Shown here piece after piece: positions 37,629 to 47,114 of a stretch of 64,000 bases of DNA. The DNA comes from an uncultured Gammaproteobacteria bacterium (GTDB taxonomy: Bacteria > Cyanobacteriota > Vampirovibrionia > LMEP-6097): positions 383 to 64,382 of the forward strand of contig CAZELI010000011.1 in assembly GCA_964512985.1 (NCBI GenBank), given 5' to 3'. How positions within the stretch are numbered: position 1 is the first letter of the stretch; the number at the start of each line of letters is the position of its first letter. Under the pieces are notes generated by a model. That model was not told where the DNA came from. It was given only the letters and a program-made list of their open reading frames with translations, and did no database searches. The translations under genes and the position numbers were made by a program.

Positions 37629-38473
37629 TATTTACTCTTCCTAAATAGGAACTCGTTATTTAGTAAACCATTATTACTAGTGAGATTTTCTAATTGTAAG
37701 CCGTACTGTTTACAGAAATTAAAAATCTCTGCTGAACTTGCATACTCATATGGATAACCACCTAACCAATCAACTATATCTGTCTTCCAATCCATACCTC
37801 TAAACCCAATATGCTCTTTTATTTTTTTAACTGGATTAGTAAAAGTTATCAGATAGAAAAATATCAAAATTGACATGGCAATATAATCAATGATTGTTTG
37901 AATCCATCTAGGCATTTGGGAATAAATCTTCTTCTCCAAATACCACATATAAGAATTACCAAACCTAAAATCAGGATAGATATTAAAACCATCAGAATTA
38001 TTATAGATAGCAATATACATCTGCCCTTCGTCTTGTACTAACTTGGTAGTGTTCTCAATAGCTTTCCACATATTACCCGTATGATGTAAAACCCCCCACG
38101 AATAAACAAAATCAAAACTACCTAAACTTTCTACAAATCTATCATCAAGAATTGAACCATGAATAATTTGCCAGTTCTCAGGCTCGCTCATTAAATTATG
38201 AAGCTTCTTACAGCAAGCAATGGAGTTTTCGTCTATATCAATACTTAGAACTGACTTAGCGCCTAGTTTATAAGCAGCCAAAGAGAAGAGTCCGCTACCA
38301 CAACCAATATCAACAAAGGTCTTCCCCTTAAGAGCATCCTTGCCACAAAATTCCTCAAACGAGGCAATAGCCTTATTTAAGACTTTTTCGTCAAAACAAT
38401 TCTCTAAATATTGAGACCAATTTTCACCGAAGTGAAAGAAGTTCTTGGGTTTTTCTGGGCTTAAGTTATGCAT
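37628..38473 (-). CDS. Class I SAM-dependent methyltransferase with a hydrophobic segment
   Basis: Motif [12 protein letters not shown] and GVLHHTG. Its stop overlaps the asnB start. Confidence 0.7.
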   Translation of the reverse strand: MHNLSPEKPKNFFHFGENWSQYLENCFDEKVLNKAIASFEEFCGKDALKGKTFVDIGCGSGLFSLAAYKLGAKSVLSIDIDENSIACCKKLHNLMSEPENWQIIHGSILDDRFVESLGSFDFVYSWGVLHHTGNMWKAIENTTKLVQDEGQMYIAIYNNSDGFNIYPDFRFGNSYMWYLEKKIYSQMPRWIQTIIDYIAMSILIFFYLITFTNPVKKIKEHIGFRGMDWKTDIVDWLGGYPYEYASSAEIFNFCKQYGLQLENLTSNNGLLNNEFLFRKSK

Positions 38474-38527
38474 CCTCGTTCTATTATATTATACTGGAAT
38501 AGGCATCATGCAAACTGAATTAGATTT

Positions 38528-40288
38528 ATGACGAAGCAACAAACCTATAATATCCTTATATCTCTAGTTATTACATTCCTCATTAGCTGGCAGGTTATGG
38601 GTCCAATACTGACTAATGAATTAGTAGTTCAGGATGATTTTCGGCAGAGTTTATTTTGGCTATGGCGTCTTTGGGATCCAGAATTATTTACTAATGATTT
38701 TTTCACGCCAATCTATGCAACTTTAATCATAAAAGTCCCCCTCTTATATTTTTTACTTAAAATCGCCCCCTTCTTCTGTACTAGTATAATTTTCTATTCA
38801 AAACTTCTAGTACTAATTGTTGCACTTGCGACTGGAGTTATGGCGTTTCTCTTCTTCCAAGCCTTACTGAATAATTATGATGGCTTTCGTAATAACTTAG
38901 GGGAGATTAAATTTCTCGGAGTAACATTTAGACTAATTGATATCTGGGCTCTTAGTTTCTCTACCATACTCATTAGCACAGCATGGTGTACAGATCACTT
39001 GTCAGCCATGCATTCTAGATCTTTTGTTTGGCTTGGTATTCTAGCTTATATGTATTTTAAACTTGTTAACAAGCAAATCAGCGCTGCTGTCACTTGCCTT
39101 ATTAGCCTCTTTCTTAGTCCTCATGCGTTCTTGATTTGTTATGCTATGGAGTTCTTTGATGAGGTGATTAAGTATCGTAAGTCATTTATAAACTTCAAGA
39201 GACCAGAGTTTTTATTTTGGTTATTTAATGGTGCGGTCACTGCATTTACTTACCTAGTTCTTTTCAAAGATATTAAGACCCAAGGGATTGGAACCTCATT
39301 TACAGTAGCAGAGATGAAAGCCTTACCTGAATTCAATCCTGGAGGTAGGCATCCTATCTTTGGGTCGTCTATTTGGGATGGTAGCTGGTGGACGAATGAG
39401 CACTGGGGGCTTGGCATAGGTTATCTCCCTATTAGTTCTCTTATAAAATACGCCTTTATTATTGGCTTGATATATTTATTCTTTGTATTAATTTCCCAGA
39501 AGAACAAGAATAATAAAAAGAAAAATACTATTCAAGGTTCATTCTCCTCTATCTTCTCTTCGGTACCTGCGACCTTACTATATGCAGCGATATCTCTGTA
39601 TATAGCGTCACAACTACTCTTTCCTGTCTTATACCTACCTAGTCGTTACCTTGCTATACCATCTTTATTACTTTCTATAATAAGCCTGACTCTCATCATT
39701 GGCATCTGGTTCTGGGAGATATCACAAGAGCTACCCAAATCACTCACCAACAAGATTCTAGCCTTAACACTATTAATCGCTGCTGGATATTACTGGTTTA
39801 CTGTACATAAGTTTTATCACACTAGATTCGTTTCTATTACTCCCGAAATCAATGCAATCCTGTCACAGACCCCCAAGAATAGTCTTATCGCTGCACATCC
39901 ATTATTACCAGATATCAATGTAGCTTCTATCACTAGTAAACGATCTGTCTTCGTCGATTATGAACGCAGTATGGCTTATACCCATGAATCACTCGGCGAG
40001 ATTAGAAGACGTAATGAAGTAGCATTAAGAATGACCTATGCTAAATCACAAGATGAATTTATAAAGCTTGCTCGAGACAACGGTATAACCCATTTCTTAG
40101 CTTTATATAGTTTCTATCAAGAACCGTATGTTTCTAGCCCAAACTATATAGAGCCGTATAATGCCCTTTCACGAGAATTAGTGAAGCTTAATCCTGGAGA
40201 GACCTTCTATCTTAAGAAGTTTATTGAAGAGCAAGGTATGCCATATATAGTTATAGATATTAATAAAATTAATATCAAAAATAATTAA
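38528..40288 (+). CDS. Polytopic GT-C-like membrane protein with a C-terminal soluble domain
   Basis: At least 10 hydrophobic segments. The first loop after TM1 carries VVQDDF (acidic DD pair). About 150 aa of soluble C-terminus. Confidence 0.5.
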   Translation: MTKQQTYNILISLVITFLISWQVMGPILTNELVVQDDFRQSLFWLWRLWDPELFTNDFFTPIYATLIIKVPLLYFLLKIAPFFCTSIIFYSKLLVLIVALATGVMAFLFFQALLNNYDGFRNNLGEIKFLGVTFRLIDIWALSFSTILISTAWCTDHLSAMHSRSFVWLGILAYMYFKLVNKQISAAVTCLISLFLSPHAFLICYAMEFFDEVIKYRKSFINFKRPEFLFWLFNGAVTAFTYLVLFKDIKTQGIGTSFTVAEMKALPEFNPGGRHPIFGSSIWDGSWWTNEHWGLGIGYLPISSLIKYAFIIGLIYLFFVLISQKNKNNKKKNTIQGSFSSIFSSVPATLLYAAISLYIASQLLFPVLYLPSRYLAIPSLLLSIISLTLIIGIWFWEISQELPKSLTNKILALTLLIAAGYYWFTVHKFYHTRFVSITPEINAILSQTPKNSLIAAHPLLPDINVASITSKRSVFVDYERSMAYTHESLGEIRRRNEVALRMTYAKSQDEFIKLARDNGITHFLALYSFYQEPYVSSPNYIEPYNALSRELVKLNPGETFYLKKFIEEQGMPYIVIDINKINIKNN

Positions 40289-40312
40289 GCATGGTAATAT
40301 TTTGATATAACT

Positions 40313-40675
40313 ATGCTTTCAGATAAAGACACATTGCTGACAACTAAGACTCAAAACTCTGAAACACAAGATTTTCAATTTTTAGCGACTCTAGATGAAT
40401 TAGAACCTCATGGACAATTAACTCGTTGGGTTAACGATCATGATATTTTACTTTATAAACACGAAGGTGAATTGAAAGCTATTAGTAATATTTGTCCGCA
40501 TTTTGGTGGACCAGTGGGTTACCGTAAGGCTAAAGATGGAGTGTTTACTTGTCTTTGGCATAATTGGCAATACTCATGCGCCGATGGCTCTTGCAAGACC
40601 AATCCAGGGTTACCTTTAAGACAATACCAGATCAGAGTCGATGGCAATAAAGTTTACGTAAATCTACTAGGATAA
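40313..40675 (+). CDS. Rieske [2Fe-2S] domain protein
   Basis: CPHFGGP ... CLWHNWQ (CxH...CxxH). Confidence 0.85.
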   Translation: MLSDKDTLLTTKTQNSETQDFQFLATLDELEPHGQLTRWVNDHDILLYKHEGELKAISNICPHFGGPVGYRKAKDGVFTCLWHNWQYSCADGSCKTNPGLPLRQYQIRVDGNKVYVNLLG

Positions 40676-40678
40676 ATT

Positions 40679-41368
40679 ATGGCAAAGAACAAAAGTAACA
40701 GAGTTAAATTAACTTTAGAACTTGAACTAGAGCAAGACTGCCCCAAAGAAGTAATAATGTGGAACTATTATGACCACGAGCATTTACTCGGTACCCACCA
40801 AAAACTCTATAGAGAAGCCAGGGTTCTAGCCGAGAGAGATGACTGGGCACTAGTCTATAGAAGAGCCAAGATTCCTATAGTACCATTTGAGAATGAAGGT
40901 ATTGGATTTCAGTATATGCCTGAACCACACATTATGAGAACGGTTCATAAGGATGTATGGGGCTTACTAGATATGGAAGTGCATTTTTTTGATCTTCCTA
41001 ACAATAGATCTAAAATGAAAATCATTTATGGTCTTTATGTACCTAGTTGGCTCAAGTTTGTAGAGCCCGCATTTAGAGTGGTTTTCACTTCTTGGCTTAA
41101 GAACGCCTGGGCAGAAGACGTACCGATGAGGAATCGAAGATGGAAAGTTCACACTCTTGGATTTAAAGATTTTCATGGTATAGATTGGATCAATAAGAAA
41201 CAAACTAAACCAGCAGACATCAATCCAGGTCCATATATATTCGAGCCACCCGTTGCCTCTCTTCCTACAATTAAAAATGAAGGGATGTTTAGACCAGATA
41301 TTAGTGACGTAGAAATACCTACTGAGGATTACAAAGTTGACTATCAAGCAGGAGTTACAAATCATTGA
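40679..41368 (+). CDS. Non-heme iron catalytic domain of a Rieske-type oxygenase, encoded as a separate polypeptide
   Basis: WNYYDHEHLLGTH matches N-x2-D-x2-H-x4-H. Starts 3 nt after the Rieske gene stop. Confidence 0.6.
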   Translation: MAKNKSNRVKLTLELELEQDCPKEVIMWNYYDHEHLLGTHQKLYREARVLAERDDWALVYRRAKIPIVPFENEGIGFQYMPEPHIMRTVHKDVWGLLDMEVHFFDLPNNRSKMKIIYGLYVPSWLKFVEPAFRVVFTSWLKNAWAEDVPMRNRRWKVHTLGFKDFHGIDWINKKQTKPADINPGPYIFEPPVASLPTIKNEGMFRPDISDVEIPTEDYKVDYQAGVTNH

Positions 41369-42258
41369 GTTGTATAATCTGTAATTCTAATCAAGAACTC
41401 AGATTTACAGGACTCAAGGACTGGGAATATGAAACTTGCGACCACCTTACTTTCTACCAATGCTCTAACTGTGAACTCATATCACAAAAGCCCCTACCAA
41501 GTATCGATATAATTTCAAGTTTTTATCCTGCTAATTATCGAAACTATTTACCAATTCATTCAGGAATTTTCTCTCAATTAAAAAAAATTAAATTCCGAGA
41601 TCAAGCAAAGAGACTTAGTAAGTTTTTTGATAAAGATGCAAGAATCCTAGAGATTGGTTATGGTAATGGAGAACTGCTCTTAGCATTTAAAGATCTTGGT
41701 TATCAGAATTTATATGGTTGTGATTTTAGTAGTTCTGGCGCTGAAAGACTTATAGATAGAGGGATTCAGGTAGAGATCGTTAACGCTGAGCAGGGGATTC
41801 CCTTTACACAAGAGTTTGATATTATTCTTCTCAATAATGTTATAGAACATTTCTTAAATCCAGTGGCAATTCTGAAGAACTGTTATGCCAAACTTAAACC
41901 CAGAGGTCAAGTGATTTTATTCACTCCTAATTCTAAAGCCATAGAGTTCAGTATCTTTGGAAAGTATTGGGCTGGATTACATATCCCAAGACATATACAT
42001 TTATTCAATGAGTATAATTTGAAACTTATGGCTGAGAACTCCAATTTTACTTCTGTAAATTTTTATGCTGATCTAGACCCAGCTCAATGGGCGATATCTG
42101 TACAGAACCTACTTCAAGACACCAGGCTATTTCATACTAAATTACAAAACGGCATGTCGTTCTACATGATTCCTCTAAGCCTACTTTGTATCCCTATTGC
42201 AATCCTACAAAGACTCTTAGGAAATAGTACTGGTATCTTGAGTATTTTAAAGAAGTAA
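41365..42258 (+). CDS. Class I SAM-dependent methyltransferase with an N-terminal Cys4 zinc ribbon
   Basis: CIICNS...CSNC; ILEIGYGNGE; NNVIEHFLNP. Confidence 0.75.
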   Translation: MSCIICNSNQELRFTGLKDWEYETCDHLTFYQCSNCELISQKPLPSIDIISSFYPANYRNYLPIHSGIFSQLKKIKFRDQAKRLSKFFDKDARILEIGYGNGELLLAFKDLGYQNLYGCDFSSSGAERLIDRGIQVEIVNAEQGIPFTQEFDIILLNNVIEHFLNPVAILKNCYAKLKPRGQVILFTPNSKAIEFSIFGKYWAGLHIPRHIHLFNEYNLKLMAENSNFTSVNFYADLDPAQWAISVQNLLQDTRLFHTKLQNGMSFYMIPLSLLCIPIAILQRLLGNSTGILSILKK

Positions 42259-42270
42259 AATCAATTATCT

Positions 42271-43878
42271 ATGGAACTAATCAAAAAAAATAAAGAACTC
42301 ATAATTTTAGCTATCCTAGCTTTGTTTGTAAGGTTTTCTTATCAACTGCCTGTATTGTTTATTGACGACTCAGTAAAGTTCTTTGTCCCACTGCAAATAG
42401 TTTACGATCATAACTTCAGCTGGATTCTATCTACCATCAATTTCAGTCTCTTTGACAGAATCATCAGCTACTTCGTTCAATCGCTTGATAATGGTTCTGT
42501 AGCTAATATGATTACTTTACAAAAATTATTCGGAACCCTTTCAACAATAGTGTTCTATAAACTATCACTAAATCTAACTAATCAAAGAAAGCTACTAAGT
42601 CTTATTATGGCAATATTTTTTTCACTTAATCCACTGATGCTTTACATAGAACAATTAATAATGCCAGAAGCATTGTTCATGTTCATGCAACTACTTGCAA
42701 GCTTGCTACTTTATAAATTCCTTGAAATAAACACTCCAATTAAATATGCATATGGCGTAGGCTTAGGAATTTTAGCTGGACTCATAGTCATAACTAAACA
42801 TAGCGGTGAGACCTGGTCTAACTGCCTAATAGCAACTGTACTTATCATAGGCATCTTTCAATTCTTTAAAGAGAAAAACAAAAACCTAATAATTTTAGGA
42901 GTGATTCTATTAAGTATGAGCTTTTTAATTAAGCTACCTATAATGCTGCATAATTATCAAAAGCACAAGGCATTTACAGTAAGCTTATTTGATGTGAAAG
43001 GCGCATTATTACTAGCTCTCACGCCAGAGATGATCGAGTGTAATCCTACAGATAAATACCCCTTCCTCACTACTGCTATTAAACAATACAGTGCATATTT
43101 CGAAACACAATACAAGGGAACCGCTCCTGTTGCAACAGAAGAACAAAAATTAGAAGCTTTCACTAAGGCTGTTTATACTTTAAACATTCCTGGCCGCGAG
43201 GGACAGTTACAAGATCCTATAACAGGAGGGATGATTTCATCTAAGCAATGGTCTAAGATTACTGCTGAGTATTTCGTAAGTACCGTTATCAAGAATCCAC
43301 TAAGAACCTTAGAAAGAATATGGAAGATCTCTCTTCCTAATTTAATTAATAGTAATAATTTAACCTTAAATGAATTTCGCAGATCCTCAAGACCAGGCTT
43401 AAACTATGATGTTATGCAATTCACTTTAGAACCATATTCATTTACAGAAAGGCTTGACCCTAAATTAAAAAACTCTAGAATAGTGAAAGGCGCTGAGATA
43501 GAAGAGTTCAAAGAACATCACGAGAAAGAATTCTTAATCATGCGCGGAAGAGAAACCAATGAGGCCTTCGTTATAGAAAAGCAAGGTATCTCACTATGGT
43601 TGCAAGATTTATTCACTAAATTTTCTCCTGACAAAATTACTTTAACTTTATTTGTTTTAAGTCTAATTTATTTTCTGATTAATATTCGTGGACTTAAGCC
43701 TAATTTATTTCAGATCTATATACTTGCTACTACTGCAGTTTACTTCTTCTTGCCATTATTAATTACAGGTGGGGAACCTAGATATAGACTACAGTTCATA
43801 CCCTTTATGCTTTTATTTATTAGCTATGTTCTAGCAACAGTTTTAAATAAAAGAGATGGTAATTATGAAAACAATTAA
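42271..43878 (+). CDS. GT-C-like (ArnT/PMT-like) polytopic membrane glycosyltransferase candidate
   Basis: TM1 followed by LPVLFIDDS (acidic pair in the first loop). Multiple TM helices and a soluble insert. Confidence 0.5.
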   Translation: MELIKKNKELIILAILALFVRFSYQLPVLFIDDSVKFFVPLQIVYDHNFSWILSTINFSLFDRIISYFVQSLDNGSVANMITLQKLFGTLSTIVFYKLSLNLTNQRKLLSLIMAIFFSLNPLMLYIEQLIMPEALFMFMQLLASLLLYKFLEINTPIKYAYGVGLGILAGLIVITKHSGETWSNCLIATVLIIGIFQFFKEKNKNLIILGVILLSMSFLIKLPIMLHNYQKHKAFTVSLFDVKGALLLALTPEMIECNPTDKYPFLTTAIKQYSAYFETQYKGTAPVATEEQKLEAFTKAVYTLNIPGREGQLQDPITGGMISSKQWSKITAEYFVSTVIKNPLRTLERIWKISLPNLINSNNLTLNEFRRSSRPGLNYDVMQFTLEPYSFTERLDPKLKNSRIVKGAEIEEFKEHHEKEFLIMRGRETNEAFVIEKQGISLWLQDLFTKFSPDKITLTLFVLSLIYFLINIRGLKPNLFQIYILATTAVYFFLPLLITGGEPRYRLQFIPFMLLFISYVLATVLNKRDGNYENN

Positions 43879-44893
43879 AGAGCATAGTCATTTAATATGG
43901 TTGATAGTTATAACCTCAATAATAAGGTTTACTAATAATTTACCAGTATTGTTCTTGAATAATGCTGAGTCACAGAGTTTTAAAGCTTTACTAGAACAAC
44001 TACAGTTTGATCCGCTTAATTTTATTACGCTTAATAAGTTTATTGCTGTATTCTCTGTTATAGCTTTTTATTCTATTGCTAAAAAGCTTACTAATGGTAA
44101 TAAGTTTATAAGTTTTCTTGGTACTTTGATTTTCAGCTTAGATCCATTGAATTTATATATAGAACAGTCGATAATGCCTGAGACTATTATGGTTTTTGCC
44201 TTATTAATTACAACTTGGTTCGTTATTAATATTCTTGATGGATCTAAGCCAAGTAGAGTCATGATATTGCTAATAGTTGTACTAAGCCTGGCTAATATTT
44301 TATTAGCGATTTCAGTAAAAAATACTCAAGATGTATCGCATAAGACTCCAATTCTTGATATTTTATTTTTGGAAAATTTAAACTTAAATCATTTCTATAA
44401 ATCCACTAAGAAAGATTTGGATTATGAAGTAGCCCAATATACTATCATTCCTTTTTCAGAGAAACTGAATGTTGATCCACTAGTCGATGGTAGACCATTG
44501 GTAATTGGCAAAGATTCTATTAATCAGTTTAAAGAGACTCAGACTAATAAATCTTTTTTAATAATGATTAACCAAGATACTGACCTCGCATTCTCTATAC
44601 CTAAGAATAATATTTCTTTATTTATTCAAGACTTATTCCAAAACTTTCCATTCTCAAGATTTATTATTCCTTTATTTTTGATAATGCTAATTGGTTTTGG
44701 TTCACGTTTATCACGTGAACCAACCTCTCCAAGCGAGTTATATATTTTAGCTTTTGCTTTATTTTATTTGCTTAAGCCAATATTTATTGGGAAAGCAAAT
44801 ATTATGGATAGAATGGAATTTATACCGCTTATGATTTTGTTTGTGGCTTATCGTCTAGCTATTTTTAACCCTACTTTAATCAAAAAGTGGTAA
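43856..44893 (+). CDS. Shortened tandem paralog of 42271-43878 with the DD pair replaced by NN
   Basis: Shared blocks: LPVLF(ID/LN)(D/N), L(N/D)PL(M/N)LYIEQ(L/S)IMPE, (F/EF)IP(F/L)M(L/I)LF. The alternative start is ATG at 43865. Confidence 0.5.
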   Translation: MVIMKTIKEHSHLIWLIVITSIIRFTNNLPVLFLNNAESQSFKALLEQLQFDPLNFITLNKFIAVFSVIAFYSIAKKLTNGNKFISFLGTLIFSLDPLNLYIEQSIMPETIMVFALLITTWFVINILDGSKPSRVMILLIVVLSLANILLAISVKNTQDVSHKTPILDILFLENLNLNHFYKSTKKDLDYEVAQYTIIPFSEKLNVDPLVDGRPLVIGKDSINQFKETQTNKSFLIMINQDTDLAFSIPKNNISLFIQDLFQNFPFSRFIIPLFLIMLIGFGSRLSREPTSPSELYILAFALFYLLKPIFIGKANIMDRMEFIPLMILFVAYRLAIFNPTLIKKW

Positions 44894-44904
44894 AATAACT
44901 CATT

Positions 44905-45183
44905 ATGAGTCAAAAGAAGTTAAAGTCAGTCAAAACAATCAAAGGCATTACAGTCAGATTTGACAATGAAATCTATGAAAAATTACAGCTAAAAGCCAAA
45001 AGTGAGAACCGTAGTCTTTCTAATTTTATTGAAACTTTCGTGATGGAAAATCTAGAAGACAAAAATCTAATAGATGAATTTGAAATGCAATCTATTCTTG
45101 CTAATAAGGAGCTACTAAAGGGTTTAGAGCAAGGTCATAAAGATGCCAAAGCTGGCAGAGGTAGATTTGTATCAGATTTTTGA
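44905..45183 (+). CDS. Ribbon-helix-helix (CopG-like) antitoxin
   Basis: ITVRFDNEIYEKLQLKAKSENRSLSNFIETFV. TAAAAT lies 8 nt before the ATG. Confidence 0.65.
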   Translation: MSQKKLKSVKTIKGITVRFDNEIYEKLQLKAKSENRSLSNFIETFVMENLEDKNLIDEFEMQSILANKELLKGLEQGHKDAKAGRGRFVSDF

Positions 45184-45442
45184 AACTAATTATTTTATCA
45201 AAAAAGTAGAAAAGGTTTTTAACAAGAATCTGCAAAATAGTCTATTTAAAAAACTCAGGTCTTATATCTATCCACAATTAGCAAATAATCCATATCTGGG
45301 CAACAATATCAAGAAACTTCGCAATTATGAACCCGAAACATGGAGATATAGAATCGGAGATTATAGATTATTTTTCAGTATTGACGAAGAAGCTAAGATT
45401 GTATATATCTTTGACTTCGAGCATCGTAAAGATGCGTATTGA
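45167..45442 (+). CDS. RelE/ParE-family toxin
   Basis: WRYRIGDYRLFFSIDEEAKIVYIFDFEHRKDAY. The track start is ATG at 45143. TTG at 45167 gives the more typical N-terminus (M)YQIFETNYFIKK. Confidence 0.7.
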   Translation: MYQIFETNYFIKKVEKVFNKNLQNSLFKKLRSYIYPQLANNPYLGNNIKKLRNYEPETWRYRIGDYRLFFSIDEEAKIVYIFDFEHRKDAY

Positions 45443-45636
45443 AGACGACATTGACGTCCTTCTCTGCAAATAATTTTTCAACCATGTCGCCAACTAATTT
45501 TGTCAACTTCATATAGAGAGGTCCATTAACACGAATCCCAACCCTGCTTGGATCAAGAACTTGTCGTTCATCCAGAAGAGTGTAAAATAAAAGAAGTTAG
45601 AATGAATCAGATCAATAAAAGAGAGGGCACTGAAAT

Positions 45637-46206
45637 ATGAAAGTTTTGCTACTGAGTCCAGATCCAGATCGCATAAAAATTTTCTTACTGAAAAATGGAG
45701 ATGAAGTTATAAATGGCAGTGCTGATTTTCTCTTCGATTTAGATTTTCTTCAAGACAATAATATAGAGTTTATAATAAGTTATCGTTATACGAAAATCAT
45801 TAAAGCTGAAGTAATAAAAGCGTTTAACAACAAAATTATCAATCTGCATCCTTCTTTATTACCTTATAACAGAGGAAGGCATCCTAATCTATGGAGCTTT
45901 ATTGACAATACTCCAAAAGGAGTGACCATCCATTATATAGATGAAGGTGTGGACACTGGAGATATCATCGCTCAGAAAGAGCTTGAATTTGAGGATAGTG
46001 AAACTTTATCTAGCTCTTACTGGAAGGGTTTAAGAGCATTAGAGGATTTATTTATGGAAGAATGGTCTAACATTAAATCTGGTAATATTACTCGCATCAA
46101 ACAAGCAGGAGAAGGAAGCTTTCACTTAGGTAAGGACTTAGACTCAGTTTCACACTTACTAGATAAAGGCTGGGAGACATCAGTATCTAAATTAAAATCG
46201 CCATAA
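45637..46206 (+). CDS. Formyltransferase-domain protein (sugar N-formyltransferase candidate)
   Basis: IINLHPSLLPYNRGRHP and GVDTGDII (the N/H/D triad context of the Formyl_trans_N domain). An SD-like GAGAGGG is upstream. Confidence 0.75.
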   Translation: MKVLLLSPDPDRIKIFLLKNGDEVINGSADFLFDLDFLQDNNIEFIISYRYTKIIKAEVIKAFNNKIINLHPSLLPYNRGRHPNLWSFIDNTPKGVTIHYIDEGVDTGDIIAQKELEFEDSETLSSSYWKGLRALEDLFMEEWSNIKSGNITRIKQAGEGSFHLGKDLDSVSHLLDKGWETSVSKLKSP

Positions 46207-47111
46207 GTGTCTCTGATAATGGCATAGGGTCTGGGCTTAACTTCTATAAAAATCTTAGACAAGTAAATGCCAATAATACCTAGAACAAAAATTGTGATTC
46301 CACCAAAGAATAGGTTTAGAACCATAATTGAAACCCAACCTGCAATCTTAATATCATAAAAGATTTTTGCTGTAATTAAATAAATAATCGCAATAGACGC
46401 GAAAAAAGTTATAACAAGTCCAAAATAAAAAACTAACCACAATGGTATTGCAGTAGAGGAGGTAACAGTGTTAACAAGTAAATTGATTTTCCTAACCAAA
46501 TCATATGAACTAGATCCTTTGTGTCCTTTGGTTACATATATAGCCTTTGATTTAAAACCATTTAAAGCAATAATAATTGAGAACGTCAATTCATGCTCTC
46601 TGAAAGACACAAGATTTTTAACAAATTTCTTGGTCATTAATCGCACCGTAAGAAAATTAGTTGGCACCATATTATTAGTTAACGCATTAATAAATCTATA
46701 GTATAAATAACCACTTATTTTTTCAAAGAGTCCACCTTTGCGCACTTTTTGAACTCCATATACCATATCAAGATCTTCACTTAAAAGTTCATGCCAAAAT
46801 TCATTAAATAACTCAGGAGGCTCTTCCAGATCACAATCTATCAAAAAAACATAATCACCTGAAGCATAAGAGAGTCCAAGCATTTTAGCTTTATGGTGTC
46901 CAAAATTCTTTGAGAAATCAATAATTTTCACTCGATTATTTCTCTCCTGAATAGCCAATGCCACTTCCAGAGAGTTGTCTGGAGAACCATCATTGACAAA
47001 AATTATTTCGTAATCCTCAGTAACTTTTTTAATAGATTCACTGATACGTGAATAAAACTCCTCAATATGAGGAGCCGATTTATACAAAGTGGAAACAACG
47101 GAAAGCTTCAT
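46122..47111 (-). CDS. GT2 polyprenyl-phosphate glycosyltransferase (ArnC/GtrB-like)
   Basis: IFVNDGSPDNS and LIDCDLEEPPE, plus two C-terminal TM helices. The 3' end overlaps the formyltransferase gene convergently by 85 nt. Confidence 0.8.
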   Translation of the reverse strand: MKLSVVSTLYKSAPHIEEFYSRISESIKKVTEDYEIIFVNDGSPDNSLEVALAIQERNNRVKIIDFSKNFGHHKAKMLGLSYASGDYVFLIDCDLEEPPELFNEFWHELLSEDLDMVYGVQKVRKGGLFEKISGYLYYRFINALTNNMVPTNFLTVRLMTKKFVKNLVSFREHELTFSIIIALNGFKSKAIYVTKGHKGSSSYDLVRKINLLVNTVTSSTAIPLWLVFYFGLVITFFASIAIIYLITAKIFYDIKIAGWVSIMVLNLFFGGITIFVLGIIGIYLSKIFIEVKPRPYAIIRDTYGDFNLDTDVSQPLSSKCETESKSLPK

Positions 47112-47114
47112 AAA

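Noticed and set aside
45443-45600. Possible small gene on the minus strand downstream of the RelE toxin
   Set aside because: The open stretch has no plausible start codon before the conserved-looking part, gives only 39 aa from the first ATG, and runs antisense into the toxin gene. It is more likely a remnant. I could not identify the family.
46122-46206. 85-nt convergent overlap of the formyltransferase and GT2 genes, and the 51-nt UPF0284/trpC overlap at 25236-25286, considered as antisense regulation
   Set aside because: These are probably just unconstrained C-terminal tails in AT-rich DNA where stop codons are late. No structure or conservation evidence is available from sequence alone.
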